Source: Spirochaetia bacterium | Lineage (GTDB): Bacteria; Spirochaetota; Spirochaetia; SZUA-6; Bin103 | Length of the DNA stretch: 64,000 nucleotides | Assembly: GCA_965198005.1 (NCBI GenBank) | Contig: CBDAOI010000004.1 | Span: forward strand, 1,952,001-2,016,000 | Reading direction: 5' to 3' | Shown: one piece after another, positions 58,342 through 64,000 of the stretch | Layout: every line of letters begins with the position of its first letter | Numbering within the stretch: position 1 is the stretch's first letter | Translations under genes and position numbers: made by a program | Notes under the pieces: generated by a model | Databases searched by the model: none | What the model saw: only the letters and a program-made list of their open reading frames with translations | What the model was told of the DNA's origin: nothing

Positions 58342-58534
58342 GGGGGCGCTTGATCCTGTGGACATTGTGGATAACTTCCCTCACCGGATTGTGCTCCCGC
58401 TTGTGCTCTGCCCTCGGAACCCGCAATTGCGACGTGCTCCCCATGCCCGCTACGCCATCTGCGGTCCGGTCGCCGCGACCCCGCCGCAGGCCGGCGCCGG
58501 CGTCCGACCATCCAGTGCCGAGTGCGGTCGTACC

Positions 58535-58816
58535 TCTGGACTGGAAGGAGAAGTCGAACTCCTCGACGGTGTTCAGGAACGGGAAGCGAGCCTGTCTGAC
58601 CGAGCGCTGGATGCGGGTCTGTTGGCGATGGGAGATCTCCTCGATGATCCGCACGCCGAGGAACGCCCGGCACGACCAGCCATGAATCTCCGCGCGATCG
58701 AGCAACTGCCGCCAGCGGCGGCGGGTGTTGGCCACCGGGTTGAGCCGGCGCAGCAACGGATCGAACTCCACGGTGGCCGGATCGTAGGGCGGCGAGTGCG
58801 AGGTGGCGGTGCTCAT
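58535..58816 (-). pseudogene. N-terminal remnant of a second, different IstB-like ATPase
   Basis: RAE..GWS...FL.....EEI.HRQQTRI.R.VR.ARFPFL.TVEEFDFSFQ. Confidence 0.7.
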
Positions 58817-59067
58817 CGCCAAGGCAGCTCCTGAGAAACTACCTGTTTCTGCCATGCCTGCACCGGCCCCGGGCCGGTGGGTAGCTCCTGAGATGGTGCG
58901 GATGCGCGCTCGACAGGCCCCGTGAGCGCCCGCTGCACGCGAATCAGGTAGGTCACGGAGAAAAAATCGTCCATAGCGGCCCTGTGCGGCGTTTTCTGAG
59001 GGGAGGTGGTGTTGCAACACCCCCTGGAAATGCCGGGACAACCGCCGATTCAGGAGAGGCCAGACTC

Positions 59068-59811
59068 TCATCGCACCTCCTCGGCAGCCTGCGGCTTGCG
59101 CAGCGACTCCCCCTGGAGATCGATCCTGACCGAGTGGTGGATCAGGCGATCGCAGATAGCATCGGCGATGGTAGCATCGCCGATGACCTGGAACCAGCTA
59201 GCCACGGGCAGTTGGGAAGCGAACACGGTGGAACGGCGCCCGACCCGATCTTCCAAGACCTCCAGCAGGGTGAGCCGGGCCGGGCCATCAAGGTGCTGGA
59301 GACCAAAATCGTCAAAGACAACCACATCGGTTCTGGCGATTTGGTCGATCTGTTTGAGGTAGCTGCCATCGGCCACCCAGAGCCTGGTCTGCGGGAAGAA
59401 CTTGGTGCAGTTGAAATAGCGGGTCTTGAAGCCGTGCAGACACGCCTGATGGCCGATAGCTGAGCAGAGGAAGCTTTTGCCCACCCCGGTGGGGCCGGTG
59501 ACGATGACGTTGCGGTGCTCCTGCACCCAGCTGCCGTCGGACAGGCGCAGCACCAGATTCTTGTCGAGATTGCGCGCGCGACCAAAGTCGATCTGCTCGA
59601 AGCTGGCCTGATAACGGAACCGGGCGCCCTTCAGCAGCCGCGCCAGCCGGCGGTTGTGGCGCTCATCCCACTCCGCATCGACCAGATGGCCGATCAGTTC
59701 ATCGGCGGTGTACTTGGCGCCGATACCGCCCTCCAGCACCCCGCGGAAGGCACGCTGCATCCCCCACAGCCGCATCTGGGTCAGCTTTTCCTGGGTCGCT
59801 TGGTTGTTCAT
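59068..59811 (-). CDS. istB: IS21 helper ATPase
   Basis: GPTGVGKS, VVFDDFG, EDR, SQLP, ADAICDRL. Confidence 0.93.
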   Translation of the reverse strand: MNNQATQEKLTQMRLWGMQRAFRGVLEGGIGAKYTADELIGHLVDAEWDERHNRRLARLLKGARFRYQASFEQIDFGRARNLDKNLVLRLSDGSWVQEHRNVIVTGPTGVGKSFLCSAIGHQACLHGFKTRYFNCTKFFPQTRLWVADGSYLKQIDQIARTDVVVFDDFGLQHLDGPARLTLLEVLEDRVGRRSTVFASQLPVASWFQVIGDATIADAICDRLIHHSVRIDLQGESLRKPQAAEEVR

Positions 59812-61373
59812 CAGCGTTCCTCCTGGAAGTGGTAGTAGTCATTGCCGCGAATATTGGCGTGTAGCGGCAGGGACGGCTGGTTGGCGGACAGCTGCTCGGG
59901 TTCGATCTTGTCCAGACCGTTGGCCAGGATGTTCTTAACTGCCTTATATGAGTGGTAGCGGAACTCCAGCGCCCGACCACAAGCCCGCTCCAGGCGCTCC
60001 TCACCATACTTGCGGTGCAAGTTGATGATGCCCAGGGCCACCTTGAAGCCCTGCTCCGGATGCTCACGCTCGTCCAGCACCTTGCCGACCAGGGCCGCGA
60101 CCTCAGGGCCGATCTCACCCGCCCAGCGCAGGATGCGTTCGGGGCTCCAGTCAGCGTAGAAACGGTGCTGCGGCGGCATATGGTCGGTAACGGTGGTGTA
60201 GCCGCCAGCGGTCCGCGCGCGCTGGTGAGCTGCCACCCGCAGATGGTCGTGATAGATCTCCACCATGCGGTCGTTGTACAGCACCTGTACTCGGGTGCCT
60301 TTGAGCCGCCACGGCACGCTGTAGTAGTGACGGTCCTCGCGGAGCTCGATGTGGTAGTTGAACTGCACCTTCAGATCCAGCGTCTGCATCAGCTCGAAGC
60401 GCTCCGCGGGCAGCGGTTGCAGGGCATCGCGCTCGATCCGATCGAACAGCTCGCGCCGTGAGTAGGGCAGCCGTTGGAAACGCGTGGCGTTGTGCGCATC
60501 GACCAGCGGCCTGATTGCCGCATTCAGCTCATCGATGCTGTAGAAGGTGCGGTCGCGCAGCTTGGCGTACACCCGCTGATACATCAGGCGCACGGTTTGC
60601 TCGACCAGAGCTTTGTCCTTGGGCTTGCGGCTGCGGGCGGGCAGCACCACCATGCCGTAGTGACGGGCGAACGCCGCGTACGCACGGTTCAGATCCGGCT
60701 CATAGGGGTCCGCCTTGGTCACCGCCGACTTCAGGCAGTCCGGTACGATCCCCGCCGGCACCCCACCGATATAGTCCAAGGCGCCCACGCTGGCAGCAAT
60801 CAGGTCTTCCTTCTGCTGCGTCTCGACTGCCTCAAGATAGCCGAGATGACTGGCTCCCAGCACCGCCACGAAGGACTCCACCTCCCGACTGACGGCGCGG
60901 TGCCGCTCGCTGACCGTCAATTTCTTGCCGGCAAAGTCCACAAACAGCTTGTCGCCGACTTTGTGCTCGATATGCATCGTCACCTCGTCGCCGTCACGCC
61001 ACACTTGATAGTGATAACAGAACTGCGAGTAGCTGTACCCGTCCGGCTCCTCCTGACGGTACTCCTCCCAGATCTGCTGGATCGTCACCCCGACCCTCTT
61101 CAATTCTCGTGTACAGCGCTCAAACCAGGCGCCCAACTCACCGTAGCGTGCGTCCGCTGCCCGACCACCGGCAAGCAGCTCCACGAGCTCGCTGTCGCTG
61201 ATTCCCCTGATCTGCTCGTAGCTGAGCCCGGTCGCCGCAAAGTCCCGTGCGTACTGGCTCACTACCGGATGCGATACCCGCAGTGCACGACCGATCTGTC
61301 GATAGCCGAGCCCTTTGTCCCGCAGACGAATAATGTCTCTGATCTTGCGCATGCTGATCCTCTCGTTGGCCAT
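59811..61373 (-). CDS. istA: IS21 transposase
   Basis: MANERISMRKIR, GYSYSQFC, FVDFAG, VPDCLKSAV, PKDKA.VE, YSVP. Confidence 0.93.
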   Translation of the reverse strand: MANERISMRKIRDIIRLRDKGLGYRQIGRALRVSHPVVSQYARDFAATGLSYEQIRGISDSELVELLAGGRAADARYGELGAWFERCTRELKRVGVTIQQIWEEYRQEEPDGYSYSQFCYHYQVWRDGDEVTMHIEHKVGDKLFVDFAGKKLTVSERHRAVSREVESFVAVLGASHLGYLEAVETQQKEDLIAASVGALDYIGGVPAGIVPDCLKSAVTKADPYEPDLNRAYAAFARHYGMVVLPARSRKPKDKALVEQTVRLMYQRVYAKLRDRTFYSIDELNAAIRPLVDAHNATRFQRLPYSRRELFDRIERDALQPLPAERFELMQTLDLKVQFNYHIELREDRHYYSVPWRLKGTRVQVLYNDRMVEIYHDHLRVAAHQRARTAGGYTTVTDHMPPQHRFYADWSPERILRWAGEIGPEVAALVGKVLDEREHPEQGFKVALGIINLHRKYGEERLERACGRALEFRYHSYKAVKNILANGLDKIEPEQLSANQPSLPLHANIRGNDYYHFQEER

Positions 61374-61578
61374 GGCCTCTCCTTCCCCGCTGCTGCGGGA
61401 ACCAGAAGCCTGCTCGATAAGAGACGCACATGCGCGTCGGTCCATTCCGGTCATCCCTACCACCCATTCCGGTAGCCACCCAAAATTGGAAGGCTTGCCC
61501 CGGAATCGCTGGTAAGGTTGCCCGGATTCGGTGGTAAGGTTCACCGGAATGACTGGTAGGGTTCGCCCGGAATCCACA

Positions 61579-63280
61579 TTCGGACGCGCAGCTCCGCGCG
61601 CTGAACGCCGCGTTCCTGCTGGGTCTCGGCGACCCATCGCCGTTGCGGACCGAGGCCCGTAAGCTGCTGCAGCGGGTTGCCAGGGGCAGCGCCTCCTCCT
61701 CCTCGGTGGCGACGGAGGCGACGGAGGCGGCGGTGGCGACCTTCTACCTGGAGTCCCTCGACCGAATCGCCACCGAGATCGCTAGCGCCGCGGCGCCTCA
61801 TCGGGAGCTGCGCGAGCTGGCACACTGGCTGCGGCGGCACCAGCGGGGCGACGAACAGCGGGGCGGCGACCCACGCGGCGACGAGCAGCGGGCAGCGCCG
61901 AGCGTGTGTGGCAGGTGTTCATGCCCGAGGGCGTTGGCATCCAGGACGACCACGATGCGCAGGTGCGACAGCTTCGCGATCGGCGGACCGTGCGGATCAC
62001 GGCCCTCAATCCGTCGCCGTTGCAGCATCCGGCACGGCAGATTCTGTTCACCGCCAACGTGCTGCTCGGCTTGCCAGCCGCGGGCGCCAGCGAGCTGTCT
62101 GAAGACCTGCATGCGCGCGTAGCGAAGGTGGCGAGCGAGCCTCAGCTGTTCTGGTACGACCACCCCATCCCCATCGGCACCCCGCCGAGTAGCAACGAGA
62201 TCCTCTATGGGCTGCGCGCCCTCGACGACGCGCTCGAACAGGAGCGTGTGCGCGGCAATCTGCCTGCGCGGCAGCGAGCCACCTGCGTGCTGTCGGTCTG
62301 CACCACCCACGCCGGGCTGCAGCGGCTGGCAAGTGAGTACGTGAGCGACCTGTTGCGTGCCGCCGGTGGCATGCGCAACCTGGAGGTGTACGTCTTTACC
62401 GAGTCGGACACGTCGCAGCTCATCGAGCAGCTCCTACTGCCGACGGCCGTGGCCGAGAATCCGGATGCCGCCGCCCTGCTGCAGATCTTCGGCGTCGATG
62501 GCCGTTACGCACGCCACTACAACTTCCTGAAGGCGATCGCCGCGATCTGGCAGGTGGTGGTCGATCCCCAGCTTCGCGCCACCTTCAAGATCGATCTCGA
62601 TCAGGTGTTTCCGCAGCCGGAGCTGGTGGAGCAGGCCGGCGGGTCGGCCCTGGAGCTGCTGCGCACGCCGCTGTGGGGCGCGATCGGACGCGATTCGTGG
62701 GATAACGAGGTCGAGCTGGGCATGGTCGCCGGGGCGTTGGTCAATCAGACCGACATCGGCGCCGGGCTGTTCACCCCCGATGTGCGCTATCCGCAGCAGC
62801 CGCCGCCGCTGCTGCCGGACGAGGTGCTGTTTACCAGCAGGGTGCCGCAGGCGTTGTCGACGGCGGCGGAGATGATGGCGCGCTACGACGGGCTACCGGC
62901 GGGCCGGGAGGGGGCGGAGGCGGCGCAGCCACCGCGCCTGGATGGCCGGACCCGGTGCCTGCAACGCATTCACGTCACCGGCGGCACCAACGGCATCCTG
63001 CTAGATGCGCTGCGTCGGCACCGACCCTTCACCCCGTCGTTCGTGGGTCGCGCCGAGGACCAGGCCTACCTCCTGTCGACCTTCGGCGGCGGCCCCCTCG
63101 GTGGCGGCCACCGCAGGCTCGGCTACGCGCACGCCGCCAGCCTGATTGCGTCACGACAAGCACGAGCTGATCCCCGAGGCGATCGAGGCAGCCCGCACCG
63201 GGCGCCTGGTGGGCGACTACGTGCGCATCCTCATCTACTCGGCGTACGCCGACGCCATCGGCGACCGAGCCGAGGTCAAG
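61579..63280 (+). pseudogene. Large hypothetical protein, truncated at both ends, with frameshifts near 61900 and 63150
   Basis: Protein-like frame with FWYDHPIPIG, FGVDG.Y.RHY.FLKA, TFKIDLDQVFPQ, HVTGGTNG, GRAEDQAY. Confidence 0.6.
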
Positions 63281-63420
63281 AGGGCCGGTCGTCGTCGAGC
63301 GATACGCGGTGGTGCGCGTGGTGCGCGGCTGCAGTGCCACCGACGAGGACCGCATCTGGCACCAGCGCTTGGAGGCGAGCGGCCGCCTCCAGCACCGCCT
63401 GCATTTCCGCTGCATGCATA
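63276..63420 (-). pseudogene. AbiEii-like nucleotidyltransferase N-terminal remnant
   Basis: VLEAAARLQALVPDAVLVGGTAAA...HR.S.DDD. Confidence 0.55.
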
Positions 63421-63481
63421 CCAGTAGTGAGTTTACTCACTATCCGGCCCGGCGTCGAGGGCTTGGCAGAGACGCTCCAGC

Positions 63482-63655
63482 GTGTTGCTGACAAGCCGCG
63501 GTCGTGGCGTAGCGGTGGTGCAGTCGGTTAGCCAATTCGACGCCGCCGAGGAAGAGAGGGCGTTCATGCGTGCCGTGGTTGCCGGGCTTGCGGACCTGGA
63601 CGCTGGCCGGGAGGTTGCGTTGGCCACAGCAAGGGAGCGGCTCGATCTCCGCTAG
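63482..63655 (+). pseudogene. Phd/YefM antitoxin, 3' part
   Basis: Manual translation VLLTSRGRGVAVVQSV..F...EEE.AFMRAVVAGLADL.AGR. Confidence 0.65.
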
Positions 63656-63957
63656 GTGAACCCGCGCGTCGCCATCAGGCTCGCGGAGTCCGCGCTGGCG
63701 GATCTACAGGCACTCAGGAGATGGTTACGATGACCAGGATCTCTCGGATGTAGGCAGTCGGGTGGCGACGGAGATCTTGTCGCGTATCGACAGCCTTGCG
63801 GACCATCCAGACCTGGGACGGGTGGTGCCAGAATATGATCAGCGGTTTCTCCGCGAGCTCATCCATCCATCGTTCGTATCGTCTACCGCCGCGGCAGCAA
63901 CCTCGTCCAGATCGTGTGGCGGAGCGAGCGGTTGCTCCAGCTACCCGACGACGAGTG
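63656..63957 (+). pseudogene. RelE/ParE-family toxin with frameshifts
   Basis: IRLAESALADL..., L.DHPDLGRVVPE...RELIHP, VWRSERLL across frames. Confidence 0.6.
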
Positions 63958-64000
63958 ACAGTCTGACGCGGGAGGCGAGGCACCGCTGCCGTCGATGCGC

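Larger units (their letters stand above)
57322..61578 (-). mobile_element. IS21-family element (~4.26 kb) carrying a group II intron and an extra istB remnant in its 3' arm; no target duplication seen
   Basis: Ends TGCGCATTCCGG (57322) and CCGGAATCCACA (61578) with multiple GGTAAGGTT..CCGGA subrepeats; istA-istB. Confidence 0.85.

Noticed and set aside
58357-58374. DnaA boxes (TGTGGACAT TGTGGATAA) as a replication origin
   Set aside because: Only one perfect box, inside an IS arm, with no AT-rich unwinding region or dnaA/dnaN context

Overview
High-GC bacterial window, probably Spirochaetota (inferred from the ssrA-smpB-PEGA/FGE-lepB-hemN-like gene order and the spirochaete-style 'WA(A/G)GxEE' N-termini of the solute-binding proteins). 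Bases 1-14,100 are mostly housekeeping and metabolic (fhs end, SDR, hydantoinase/oxoprolinase A/B, tmRNA, smpB, lepB, HemN-like) with some defence/TA genes (GmrSD-like, AAA ATPase, BrnTA). From about 14,200 to the end is a heavily rearranged accessory region with ISNCY, RIT, two IS21 and one IS66 element, many TA remnants and an ORF-less group II intron inside an IS21. The most striking structure is a duplicated module: tyrosine recombinase + primase/P-loop ATPase + XRE HTH + SLOG-fold gene. In the complete copy (42.3-48.3 kb) the core sits between ~1.1 kb inverted repeats. Outside them, on both sides, lie arrays of ~120-140 bp units that each start with a TTGAC(A) box, then a conserved structured leader with an 11-aa uORF (MILKEPHARAA), then an ATPase-less peptide-type ABC cassette (SBP + 2 permeases). 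Each of these two cassettes is bounded by its own ~300 bp inverted-repeat pair, and a third cassette with the same promoter and leader lies at 16-21 kb. Several single-base frameshifts could be sequencing errors. All family calls are from motif recognition by eye; no searches were run.
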